The notes under the pieces: model-generated
What the model saw: only the letters and a program-made list of their open reading frames with translations
The model's database searches: none
Told to the model about the DNA's origin: nothing
Position numbers and translations under genes: made by a program
NCBI GenBank assembly: GCA_965209055.1
Contig: OZ242374.1
Location: forward strand, 384,001 to 448,000
Source of the DNA: Acidobacteriota bacterium
GTDB lineage: Bacteria; Acidobacteriota; UBA6911; RPQK01; JAJDTT01
Length of the DNA: 64,000 nt
Direction of reading: 5' to 3'
Part shown: piece after piece, positions 47,927-57,218 of the stretch
Position numbering within the stretch: the first letter of the stretch is position 1
Layout of the letters: each line of letters begins with the position of its first letter

Positions 47927-50900
47927 TCAAAAATTGAGGCGGAGGGAGAATTGGAATTGCCTCGGAGGAAATGCCGAGGTGTATGAGAACGGCTCCGTCA
48001 CCGGTCCCCGGCGCCCCTTGTACGACGACGGAAGTTCCTCCAGCGTGACGTTTCCGACGGTGCCGTTGACGTTCTTGAAATTGGTGCGGTTGAGCAGGTT
48101 GAATCCTTCGGCCACCACATCCACGCTCACGTCCTCCAAGACCGGGATCCGGCGCTTCAGGCGCAGGTCGGCGCTGAAGAAGTTGGGTCCGATGCCCACG
48201 TTGCGCCCCAGGCCCCAGGGCCGGTGCGTGTCGTTGTGCCGGTCCCCCACGTTGTCGTAGCCCGTATTCAGATTGAACGGGGCGAATGAGCGTGCGGTGA
48301 CAATCCCCGAGATGGTGAGGTCTCCGAGCAGGTTGTCCAGGAAGCCCTTTCCCCGGCCGGCCTTCCAGGGAAGCTGAGCCATGGAGCGGACGACGAACCG
48401 GTGACCGCGGTGGTAGGCCGAGAGGGCCATCTCGGCCGCCGCGTCCCATTGCAGGTGCGGCTGGAACGACGTGTTGTAATCGGTGATCTCGTCCATCGCC
48501 TTGCTCCAGGTGTGATGAGCCGAGATCTGGAACCCTTCCGAGAAGCGCTTCTCCAGTTGCAGGATCAGGGCGTGGTAGAAGGAATTGGACCAGCTTCCGT
48601 AAATGTTGTCCTGCAGGACATTTGGATTGCGAAAACCGATGATGGGGCGTCCCAGGGCGTTGGTCCCGGCCTGGTAAGGGTTGACGTCGAGCGGACGGAT
48701 GATGTGGACGCCCCGGTTGAAGTTGTATCCGGCCGAAAGGGCGAATCCGGCCGCCTCCCTCTGGATCTCCAAGCTCGCCTGTTGGGCGTAGGGATTCACG
48801 ATGTCGTCCGCGATCCGGAACCGCACGTGGAAGGGCAGACCGGGCTCAGGTACGAATCCATGGACGGCCAGGTCCTCGGCCGTGACCGGCCGCTTGCCCA
48901 GGACGCCGCGGTTCAAGAGTGTATGGTAGATCTCCGCCGAGTTGAGAAGATCTCCGGTCAGTGCGCTGTTGACTCCCGGGACGCCGTTCAGGGGAATGAA
49001 GACCTGAATGATCTGCTGGGCCTCCTCTCCCAGCAGGTCGTCGATGAACGTGATGTGGCCGTCGATCCGGGCATGGAAGATCCCGTACCCGCCCCGGATG
49101 ACGGTCTTGGCGTCGGGACTCCAGGCGAATCCCACGCGGGGACCGAAGTTGTCGTTGTCCCGGGGGAATTCCGCCTTGCGAAAGAGTTCGTAGCGCAGCC
49201 CGAGGGTGAGCAGGAAGTTTTGGTGAATGCGCCACGAGTCCTCGACGAAGAAGCCGAAATTGTGAGCCCAACCGGTGTAGAAGGGGTCGCCGAAACCCTG
49301 CTGGTAGACCAGGGGCAGGCCGAGCGCATAGGCCTGCAGTGAGGAGATGGGGGCATCGATCGCTGCGGCCATTTGGGCTTGGCCGGCCGAGTGGAACAGG
49401 TCCTTGAGCAATGGGGAGACGGTGTACCCGGCTCCCTCGTCGATCAGAACCCAGAGCGGAATGGCCTCTCCGAAGATGAACTTCCCGCTGAAGAAGGTCT
49501 CGGACCGCGCCCGGTCGTAGTATGGATTGTAGTCGGCGCCGAACTTGACCGAATGCCGTCCGGAGACGTAGGTGAAGTTCTGCCGGGCCTGCCCCGTCCG
49601 CTCCACGTTTCGCGTCGGCAGGATGACGTCCCGTCCGAAGTAGCCGAATCCCTCGATGTCGATGGAGGGACCGTGAGGGTCGGTGGGATAGACGCCGAAG
49701 TCGTGATATCCGATCCCCAGCCAGGTCTCGCTGATCCACTCCGGGCTGATCACCGAGGCGTTCCCGACTGCGAGCGAGAAGTCGTTCAGGTCGTTGTTGC
49801 GGCCCCGGTTGCGGGCGATCAGCGAACCGAAGCTGGTGTTCTGGCTGTTCAGTCCCGTCCAGTTTCCCCGCAGGAAGAGCTTGTGCGCCGACCCGATGGC
49901 GTGGTCGACGCGGGCAATGACTTGCTGCCGCTCTTCCGAGAAGGGGAAGGCCCCGCTGTTGCTTTCGAACATCTCGACCACGTGGGGATAGTTCCCGGGA
50001 ACCAGTGCCTCCGCAAGGTAGCCGACCAACGGAGCCAGAGGCGCGAATTCGGGTGGAGCCGAGTCGCTGCTGATCCCATCGGCCAGAGCCTGCTGCGAGG
50101 GTGTCAGGTCGTAGAGAAACGACTTGTCACGGAGCAACGGAACGAACGACGACTCGTGCCGGTCGAGGCGTTCGTAGGCGGTGTAGAAAAACGTCGTGCC
50201 GCGGATGATGGGACCGCCGAACGATCCTCCGCTCTGGGCCCGGGTGTAGGCCGACTCGGCCGGATCGAAGTGGTTGCGGGCCTGGAACCGGCGGTTGCGG
50301 AGCACTCCGAAGACCGATCCCCGGAAATCGTTGGTGCCACCCTTGGTGACGATGTTGATGGCTCCGCCCGGCGCTCCGCCCAATTCCGAGGAAAACGAGT
50401 TGCGGTTGACCTGAAACTCCTGCACCGCGTCCTGGCTGATGGAGGAACGGACGCTGCCGGTGGAGTAGTTGTTGTTCAGTCCGTCGATGGTGAAGGTGTT
50501 GCCCCGGCCGGTCCCCCCTGCGATGCCGAGTCCGGACGCCGGCGTCGGAGCGATTCGGAAGTCGCGGTCGTCCGCCACGTAGTTCGAGTCCACCACGCCG
50601 GGGGTCAGGAGCGCCAGGTCCAGGTAGTCGCGTCGGTTGATGGGAAGGTCCTCGATGCTGGTGGAGTCGATGTGGTGGGACTGCTGGGTCCTGTCGCGGG
50701 CCACGGCGATTCGCGCCGCTTCCGCCGTAATGACGATTTCTTCGGCGGCCACCACGATTTCCGGAGAGAATGACTGGGTCTCTCCCACCAGCACTTCCAT
50801 GTCCTGGACCACGTAGGGGGCAAACCCCGGCAACTCGAATCGCAGCGAGTAGAGTCCCGGATCCACCCGGCTCAGGACGTACTCTCCCACGTCCGAAGTG

Positions 50901-51127
50901 AGGGTCTCCCGGATCACGCCCCGGCCCTGGTAGGTGGCGGTGACGGTGACGCCGGGGAGGACGGCCCGGGTCTTGTCGTAGACGTAACCGCGGATGGTCC
51001 CGGTGTCGGTCTGGGCGGGGAGCAGGACGGTGCCGGCCAGCAAAAGCAGGGCCATGGTCCCGGTTCGGCGAACAGGGCGCCCGCAGTTACGAAGCAAGGC
51101 ACGGAAAAGGCTCTTATTCGACATCAC
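47927..51127 (-). CDS. TonB-dependent receptor with carboxypeptidase-regulatory-like domain
   Basis: GTIRGYVYD..RAVLPGVTV, LPINRRDYLDLALLTPG, DAVQEFQV, TKGGTN.F.GS, EDSWRI..LTLGLRYE, terminal QFSLRLNF. Confidence 0.92.
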   Translation of the reverse strand: MMSNKSLFRALLRNCGRPVRRTGTMALLLLAGTVLLPAQTDTGTIRGYVYDKTRAVLPGVTVTATYQGRGVIRETLTSDVGEYVLSRVDPGLYSLRFELPGFAPYVVQDMEVLVGETQSFSPEIVVAAEEIVITAEAARIAVARDRTQQSHHIDSTSIEDLPINRRDYLDLALLTPGVVDSNYVADDRDFRIAPTPASGLGIAGGTGRGNTFTIDGLNNNYSTGSVRSSISQDAVQEFQVNRNSFSSELGGAPGGAINIVTKGGTNDFRGSVFGVLRNRRFQARNHFDPAESAYTRAQSGGSFGGPIIRGTTFFYTAYERLDRHESSFVPLLRDKSFLYDLTPSQQALADGISSDSAPPEFAPLAPLVGYLAEALVPGNYPHVVEMFESNSGAFPFSEERQQVIARVDHAIGSAHKLFLRGNWTGLNSQNTSFGSLIARNRGRNNDLNDFSLAVGNASVISPEWISETWLGIGYHDFGVYPTDPHGPSIDIEGFGYFGRDVILPTRNVERTGQARQNFTYVSGRHSVKFGADYNPYYDRARSETFFSGKFIFGEAIPLWVLIDEGAGYTVSPLLKDLFHSAGQAQMAAAIDAPISSLQAYALGLPLVYQQGFGDPFYTGWAHNFGFFVEDSWRIHQNFLLTLGLRYELFRKAEFPRDNDNFGPRVGFAWSPDAKTVIRGGYGIFHARIDGHITFIDDLLGEEAQQIIQVFIPLNGVPGVNSALTGDLLNSAEIYHTLLNRGVLGKRPVTAEDLAVHGFVPEPGLPFHVRFRIADDIVNPYAQQASLEIQREAAGFALSAGYNFNRGVHIIRPLDVNPYQAGTNALGRPIIGFRNPNVLQDNIYGSWSNSFYHALILQLEKRFSEGFQISAHHTWSKAMDEITDYNTSFQPHLQWDAAAEMALSAYHRGHRFVVRSMAQLPWKAGRGKGFLDNLLGDLTISGIVTARSFAPFNLNTGYDNVGDRHNDTHRPWGLGRNVGIGPNFFSADLRLKRRIPVLEDVSVDVVAEGFNLLNRTNFKNVNGTVGNVTLEELPSSYKGRRGPVTEPFSYTSAFPPRQFQFSLRLNF

Positions 51128-51493
51128 CTGATACTCCCGATCGAATCAACCACGCCATTCCGCGTAGCAGGGCGAAACCGGCCGAATGGATGTGGACTCT
51201 GATGGTACGGGGAACCGGGCGGAAATCCCGGATCGATTCGTCCCGGGTTGGCTCCGTGATGCTCATTCGTGGCGCAATGTCTTGCCAAAAAACTCAGTCT
51301 TACAGAATCGAACCCTGATTTCCAGACCTCCGGGAGGGGGGTTGGCGAGGCGCCTGGACGGGGGACTGTCTCGTCCCCCAAAACCCCGGAACCGGGGATT
51401 GGAAACCCCCGCTCCGGTCCGATTTCCATCACTCACAGCCGGTGCAGGTGAAGCGCTGAGTTTCTCCCGGCTGCGTTCGCACTCCGGCCCGGC

Positions 51494-52507
51494 CTACTCG
51501 TAATACGCTACGCCGTTCCGGTAATACACGTTGCTCGTGCTTCCGTCCTTGTTGCGGATGAGCCAGTCGCCGTCCATCTCGCCGTACAGGTACTGACCCT
51601 TCCAGAGGCCGCCGTCGGCAAGCCGCCACTCCCAATCGCCGTGCATTTCGTCGTCGAAGTAGGGCCCTTCCCAGACGGTGCCGTCGGCATGGCGGACGAC
51701 CCAGTCGCCGTTCCTCATGCCGTCCACATAGGGGCCTTCCCAGACACCGCGATAGGCGTCGCGCACCACCCATCGGCCCTGCCTCGCGCCGGCCACGAAC
51801 GGGCCCTTCCAGACGGCGCCGTCGGCCCGGCGTTCGACCCAGAGGCCGTGTTTCAGCCCGGCGACGTAGGGTCCTTCCGAGACGTCCCCGTTCGCTTCGC
51901 GCACCACCCAGTCGCCCTGCCGCTTGCCGTGCAGGAGACGTCCGGTTGCTTCCACCGTTGAATTGCCGTCGTTCCAGACCCGTTTGATGGTCCCCGTTCC
52001 TTGAGCCGTGTTCCCGGAACATATTGAGGACCAAGTGATGCTCTCTCCGGATTGCAGGTCGGAATTCCAGACGTGGCATCCCGGCTGTTGGTCCAACTCC
52101 ATCCAGCACCCGGCTCCCTTGGGCCGGTCCACGCAGGAATTCTGCGCCGGCAGGCTGGCTTCGATATCGAGCGACAATTCCAGCGCCTCCCGGTAGAACG
52201 GGTCGTCCCTCGCGGCCATCCTCAGATACCGGTTCACGGAGTCCATGGCGATCTGGAACGAGCCGGCCGAGAAGGCCACCTCCGCAACCTTGAAGTCGTA
52301 GTCCTCGGGCAACTCGAGATCGTGATCCATCTTCAGATCGAGGGCCTTCTGCATCGCTTCGAGCGCCCGTACCGGGTCTCCTTGGGCCAGCAGCCGCTCC
52401 GCGTGCAACAGATGGCGGTCCACCATCACTTCCGGTGGAAGTTGGGCCGCCGCGACAGCAGCGCCGAAAAGGACGGAGATAACGACATTGGGGGCGAGTC
52501 TCGGCAT
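51494..52507 (-). CDS. Secreted protein: helical N-domain, Cys-containing linker and six 23-aa MORN-like repeats
   Basis: AGGAGG RBS and signal peptide. Repeats of the form EGPYVDGMRNGDWVVRHADGTVW (69-bp tandem period). Confidence 0.8.
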   Translation of the reverse strand: MPRLAPNVVISVLFGAAVAAAQLPPEVMVDRHLLHAERLLAQGDPVRALEAMQKALDLKMDHDLELPEDYDFKVAEVAFSAGSFQIAMDSVNRYLRMAARDDPFYREALELSLDIEASLPAQNSCVDRPKGAGCWMELDQQPGCHVWNSDLQSGESITWSSICSGNTAQGTGTIKRVWNDGNSTVEATGRLLHGKRQGDWVVREANGDVSEGPYVAGLKHGLWVERRADGAVWKGPFVAGARQGRWVVRDAYRGVWEGPYVDGMRNGDWVVRHADGTVWEGPYFDDEMHGDWEWRLADGGLWKGQYLYGEMDGDWLIRNKDGSTSNVYYRNGVAYYE

Positions 52508-52670
52508 GCTGGTCCCTCCTGCGGCTCAGCTCGTGCGGGTGTCGTTGAACTGATGATCATCGTAATGAAATCGTTCAGATTTTCCAGGATCGTTTAAGGT
52601 GGGGACTCCCATGCGTTAGAATTCTCTCTCGAATGCCCGGACAACCTGGGGAAAGGATGGCGTTGACGAT

Positions 52671-52772
52671 ATGGCTATAAAGGACTGGAGCAAGACAAAG
52701 CAGGTCGTGGTCGGATTCATATCGGGCATGATCGTGACCTGGTTGGTTTTGTGGGCGCTCGATTGGCCTTAG
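52671..52772 (+). CDS. Putative 33-aa single-transmembrane small protein
   Basis: MAIKDWSKTKQVVVGFISGMIVTWLVLWALDWP*. It is below the ORF-track cutoff and fills an intergenic gap. Confidence 0.5.
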   Translation: MAIKDWSKTKQVVVGFISGMIVTWLVLWALDWP

Positions 52773-52809
52773 TCCGAAATCCTTGCCAAGTCGCTGAGAA
52801 TGTTCAGCA

Positions 52810-54048
52810 ATGCACCGTAGGGAATTCCTAATGCTCTCGTCGGCAGCCGTTCCGTTCGGGTTTCCGGTGTTCGCAGGGGTCGAGGACGATCTGAAGATCA
52901 CCGGTGTGCGACTCGTCCGCATGAGGCCGAAACGGCCGGTTCCCAGCTACGAACCCGCTCCGGACGCTTGGTCCGCGACAGGCGTCGAAGTCGCCAATCC
53001 CGTCTCCATCTACCCCAAGTACAAGCCGATGCGCAGCTTGTTCATGGCGGACGGCCCCGGAATTTCGAGTTTCTGGGTCGAGATATCGACCAATAAAGGC
53101 GTGACCGGCTACGGGCCGGGAGGGCCGGCCGGCGGGGTGATCGTCCAAGACCACCTGGCGAAGCTTCTGATGGGTGAGAACCCCCTCGACATTGAACGCC
53201 TTTGGGACATCATGTGGAGATCCACCATGTACTACGGACGCAAGGGCGTGGTGGTGAACGCGATCTCCGGTGTCGACATCGCTCTCTGGGACATTGCAGG
53301 AAAGGTCTGGGACACTCCGGTCTGGCGTCTCTTGGGCGGGCGGATCCATCCCCGCATTCCATGCTACTGCACGGGAAACGACATCGAGCAGCATGTCGAG
53401 TTCGGCTACACACGCCTCAAGCTCGCACTGCCCTACGGCCCGGCGGACGGCAGGGAGGGCATCCGCAAGAACGTGGAGCTCGTCAAGCGGGCCCGCTCTG
53501 CCGTGGGCGCGGAAGGCGATGTCATGATGGATTGCTGGATGGCCCTCACGGAGCGCTACACCCTGGAACTGGCGGAAGCGTTCGAGCCGTACAACGTCTA
53601 TTGGCTTGAAGAGGCGCTGCCGCCTGACGATTTCGAGGGATTCGGCCGCCTGCGCCGCCAGATCACCTCCACGCGAATCGTCACCGGGGAGCATGTGTAC
53701 ACCCGCTATGGCTTCAGGCAACTGCTGAGAGTCGAGGGGGCCGAGATCTGGCAGCCCGACATCAATTGGTGCGGGGGGATGAGCGAGCTCGTCAAGATTG
53801 GGCATCTGGCAGCGGCCCACGACATTCCGGTGATTCCGCACGGCGGCGGCCAGCGGGATGCGGTGCATTTCATCTACGCCACGCCCAACTCGCCGTGGGC
53901 AGAAATGTTCATGCCTGCTCCAGGCGGCCCGGATGTGGTCTACCAGCGCTACGAGGAGGACAACAACCTGACGCGCGGGCCCGAAGGAATCTACACCAGA
54001 CCATCTGACGGGCCGGGATTCGGCTGGGAAGTTGAGCCGGTAGCCTGA
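52810..54048 (+). CDS. Enolase-superfamily acid-sugar dehydratase (L-rhamnonate dehydratase-like) with Tat-like leader
   Basis: HRREFL, STMYYGRKG...AISGVD.ALWD, KLALPYGPADG, DCWM, WLEE.LPPDD, TGEH..TRYGF, QPD..WCGG, IPHG. Confidence 0.88.
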   Translation: MHRREFLMLSSAAVPFGFPVFAGVEDDLKITGVRLVRMRPKRPVPSYEPAPDAWSATGVEVANPVSIYPKYKPMRSLFMADGPGISSFWVEISTNKGVTGYGPGGPAGGVIVQDHLAKLLMGENPLDIERLWDIMWRSTMYYGRKGVVVNAISGVDIALWDIAGKVWDTPVWRLLGGRIHPRIPCYCTGNDIEQHVEFGYTRLKLALPYGPADGREGIRKNVELVKRARSAVGAEGDVMMDCWMALTERYTLELAEAFEPYNVYWLEEALPPDDFEGFGRLRRQITSTRIVTGEHVYTRYGFRQLLRVEGAEIWQPDINWCGGMSELVKIGHLAAAHDIPVIPHGGGQRDAVHFIYATPNSPWAEMFMPAPGGPDVVYQRYEEDNNLTRGPEGIYTRPSDGPGFGWEVEPVA

Positions 54049-54998
54049 CGGGCTCCGACAAGGCCGCTGGTTAGTCCCCTTTTCCTCCCGCCAATGACCA
54101 GATCGACTGCCTGCAACAAATCGGTCCTGAAGTTCCCGTTCAAGACGGCCTGCCTGCTTTCTTCGGCCCACTTCGGGAATGTCGGCATCCTTGTTGCCGA
54201 CACGAGCGCGTAAAGCGTGGCCAAGGGCCGGTCGAGGGTCTTCTCGCCGGGGTCGACGCTTCCGTAGACCTCCCGGAACCCGGTGACCGCGTCCCCCGAC
54301 AACGATCCCACGACATTCCGGAAGTCGCTGTAGCGGGTTCCGATTCCGAGCAGGTCGTAGTCGAATACGATGGCCTCCATTCCGGGACCTGACTTCCGGC
54401 TCAGGGCCAGGTTCGTCCAGTGGAAGTCGTTGTAGTTCAGGGTTGTCCCGAAACCGGCAAGGCCGAGCTTCAGAAGCTCGATGTGGTCGGCGGCGAGACG
54501 CCACGAGTCCATTCGCAGGAGATCCAGGGCGCGGCCCGCCGATTCGATGCTGGCGGGATCGAGAAGATCCTCTTCCCGTTTGAGGAACGGGGGCAGGGTT
54601 GGGCCGGATGCCGCCAGGGACGAGCCTTTCTGATGGAAGTGCCAGTACCAGCGGGCGACCGCCTCTCCCACGCTGCGTTCCCGCACGTCCGACTCGGTGG
54701 CCAAGCGCCACTTGTCGCTGCAGGTGAGGTCTTCCAGAAGGAGATCGGTCGCCGTTTTGGCAATGACCCTGATGGTGGGTACACCGAGCTGCCCGAGGAG
54801 ACTGTAGGCCTCAATTTCGTTTCCCGGACGATTGCAGGAGAACGACTTGAGAACAAACGAGCACCTGTGGGTGAGAATTCTGTAGAGACGATGGCCGGGA
54901 CGGACGGAGATCGTTTCCACGCGCCGGACCTCGCCGGCGGGGATGCCCAAGCCTTTGAGGCTGGTCCCGATCTCATTTTCGTTTCCGTGTCCGCTCAT
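53991..54998 (-). CDS. Aminoglycoside phosphotransferase/choline kinase-like protein
   Basis: FVLK, LLLEDL, Brenner-like YNDFHWTN, FDYD. Confidence 0.7.
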   Translation of the reverse strand: MSGHGNENEIGTSLKGLGIPAGEVRRVETISVRPGHRLYRILTHRCSFVLKSFSCNRPGNEIEAYSLLGQLGVPTIRVIAKTATDLLLEDLTCSDKWRLATESDVRERSVGEAVARWYWHFHQKGSSLAASGPTLPPFLKREEDLLDPASIESAGRALDLLRMDSWRLAADHIELLKLGLAGFGTTLNYNDFHWTNLALSRKSGPGMEAIVFDYDLLGIGTRYSDFRNVVGSLSGDAVTGFREVYGSVDPGEKTLDRPLATLYALVSATRMPTFPKWAEESRQAVLNGNFRTDLLQAVDLVIGGRKRGLTSGLVGARQATGSTSQPNPGPSDGLV

Positions 54999-55198
54999 GG
55001 TTCCGTGCGACTGCGTACTCTACCTTATTCGGGGCTTTCCGGAGCGGTCCCTGCCGTGTGCCGGCGGCACTGTTCTGATACACTTCGCGGTCGCGTGATC
55101 CTGCATGAATTATTCTTCAAGTCATTGAGTTGTAGATATTTATCCTTTGCGTCCCAGCCTCTGGAGATGTCTTCGACGAGCTTCCCCTTCAAGAACTT

Positions 55199-56317
55199 GT
55201 GACCGTCGTGCAACAAAAGGGTTTCACGTCCGCATTCAAGGCCTATGTGCTGCCCGGAATCGTATTCCAGTCGGTGATCATCGCCGGGGGGTACGGCACC
55301 GGACGGGAAATGGTGGAGTACTTCCTCAACTACGGACCCGTCGGCGGACTGGTGGGAATGCTTTTCATCAGTACCTTGATGTGGTCGGTGGTTCTGGCCG
55401 CCTCCTTCGAATTCGCAAGGGTCTACCGGGCCCATGACTATCGGACCTTCTTCCTGCAACTGCTGGGCCGTTTCTGGTACAGCTTCGAGGTCATCTACCT
55501 GATTCTGCTGTTGATCGTCCTGGCGGTGATCGGCTCCACTGCGGGAGTTTTGCTTCGCGACAATTTCGGTCTGCCCTACCTGCTCGGTGTCGCCGTCATG
55601 CTGGCTTCCGTGGGATTTCTCACCTTCAAGGGGACGAGCCTGATCGAGAAGTTTCTCTCCGGGTGGTCCTTGCTCCTCTACGGGATCTACCTGCTCTTCT
55701 TCGTCATGTGCTTCCTCCGATTCGGCGGCGAGATACGAAACAGCTTGTCCATGGGCATCGATTCCTCCGGCTGGGTCTTGGGGGCCTTCAAGTACGGCTT
55801 CTACAATCTGGGAGCGATTCCGGCGGTCCTGTTCACGACACACCACATCAAGAGCCGGAGGCAGGCCATAGGAGCGGGTCTCCTCGGCGGAGTGATCGGA
55901 ATCTTCCCCGGCCTGCTCTTCTACCTGGCTATCGTCGGCCTCTATCCGCAGGTGCTTTCGGCCGAAGTTCCGGCGGTCTACGCCCTGCGCGCGGCCCAAT
56001 TGCCCCTGCTTCTCATCGTCTTTCAGGTGGTCTTGCTGGGGACTCTGGTCGAAACCGGGACCGGAATGATCCACGCCGTCAACGAACGGTTGCGGTCGGC
56101 CCTCAGGGCGCGGGGGAGAGACCTCCCCCGCCGGGTGCGGCCACTGGTGGCCCTGGGTCTTCTCTTGCTGGGACTGGCGCTGTCGACATTCGGACTGATC
56201 CAACTGGTCGCCAAGGGCTACGGAGCGGTGAGTTGGGGATTCCTGTTCGTCTACATCGTCCCGTTGTTGACCTGGGGCTTGTACAAGATCTGGAAGAAGG
56301 GAAAGAGTCCCGCCTGA
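55199..56317 (+). CDS. YkvI-like polytopic membrane protein
   Basis: PGIVFQSVIIAGGYGTGRE.VEYF and about 10 hydrophobic helices. Confidence 0.8.
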   Translation: MTVVQQKGFTSAFKAYVLPGIVFQSVIIAGGYGTGREMVEYFLNYGPVGGLVGMLFISTLMWSVVLAASFEFARVYRAHDYRTFFLQLLGRFWYSFEVIYLILLLIVLAVIGSTAGVLLRDNFGLPYLLGVAVMLASVGFLTFKGTSLIEKFLSGWSLLLYGIYLLFFVMCFLRFGGEIRNSLSMGIDSSGWVLGAFKYGFYNLGAIPAVLFTTHHIKSRRQAIGAGLLGGVIGIFPGLLFYLAIVGLYPQVLSAEVPAVYALRAAQLPLLLIVFQVVLLGTLVETGTGMIHAVNERLRSALRARGRDLPRRVRPLVALGLLLLGLALSTFGLIQLVAKGYGAVSWGFLFVYIVPLLTWGLYKIWKKGKSPA

Positions 56318-56429
56318 CCAGCATGGCTGGAGCAGAATCGGTCGGTGCGACAACTCACACGGAAACGACCAGTTCCACCAGGTGCATTGCGCACGCGTAG
56401 GGGTTTTCCCATGAACCATGTGGGCGCGG

Positions 56430-56459
56430 TTTACAAAAGTCGCTACTAGTTGCTACTTT
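56430..56459 (+). promoter_or_regulatory. Sigma-70-like promoter overlapped by a palindromic operator
   Basis: TTTACA-N18-TACTTT with the imperfect palindrome AAAGTCGCTACTAGTTGCTACTTT (56436-56459). Confidence 0.55.
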
Positions 56460-56466
56460 GTTCTGT

Positions 56467-56760
56467 ATGAGATCAGTAGGGATAAAAATTCTGAACAGCC
56501 GTCTGAGCGAATACATACGATTAGCCGCATCGGGGGAAACGGTTCTGGTTACAGACCGTGATCGAGTCGTCGCCGAAATCGGGCCACCAAGGCCTTCAAG
56601 AAGCCCGATGCTCGCCGACGCGCTGCTCGCAGAGGCGGTGCGTAAGGGCTGGTTGACGCCGCCGGCGCTACCAGCCGAGGGTGAGCCAACGACACCTGAA
56701 CGAGTGGCGCCACTCCGGGATATTCTCGCCGAATTGGACGAAGACCGGGGCGATCGATGA
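56467..56760 (+). CDS. Phd/YefM-family antitoxin
   Basis: MRSVGIKIL.SRLSEYIRLAASGETVLVTDRDRVVAEI. Confidence 0.88.
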   Translation: MRSVGIKILNSRLSEYIRLAASGETVLVTDRDRVVAEIGPPRPSRSPMLADALLAEAVRKGWLTPPALPAEGEPTTPERVAPLRDILAELDEDRGDR

Positions 56761-57152
56761 TCTATCTCGATACCTCCGTCGCTCTTGCCCAGCTACTTGC
56801 CGAAGATCGCCACCCCACTGCCTCGTTTTGGAGCGAGACCCTGGTGTCCAGCCGTTTGATGGAGTACGAGATTTGGACCCGGTTACACGCGCGCAGACTC
56901 GCCGATTCCCACAGTGAGGCGGCCCTCAGGCTCTTAGGACGAGTCGCTTTGATGGACCTTACTCAACCGGTACTTGCGCGAGCTCTGGATGCCTTTCCCG
57001 TGTCTTTGTCGGTACGCACTCTTGATGCCCTGCATCTTGCCTCCTGCGACTTCCTGCGTCAGCAAGGTCAATCAGTCGCACTTGCGAGCTACGATCGCCG
57101 GATGACGGAAACAGCTCGAGCCATGGAGATTCCTATCTGGCATTTGGAATAG
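56757..57152 (+). CDS. vapC: PIN-domain (VapC) toxin
   Basis: MIYLDTS, E, RTLDALHLAS and SYDRR acidic PIN motifs. ATGA overlap with the antitoxin. Confidence 0.9.
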   Translation: MIYLDTSVALAQLLAEDRHPTASFWSETLVSSRLMEYEIWTRLHARRLADSHSEAALRLLGRVALMDLTQPVLARALDAFPVSLSVRTLDALHLASCDFLRQQGQSVALASYDRRMTETARAMEIPIWHLE

Positions 57153-57218
57153 TCCTGAACGACGCACGGAATTCCAGGGTGGACAGGCCGAAATACGCTC
57201 CCCGGCCGGTAGCGCCGG

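Noticed and set aside
51270-51290. Sigma-54-like sites TGGCAAGACATTGC (minus strand) and TGGAACTGCCTTGC (near 63005)
   Set aside because: GG-to-GC spacing is 9 nt (11 on the plus strand at 51270), not the required 10.
51520-51960. 69-bp repeats as a diversity-generating retroelement template/variable pair
   Set aside because: Differences are not adenine-specific, all copies are in-frame protein repeats, and no reverse transcriptase is in the window.
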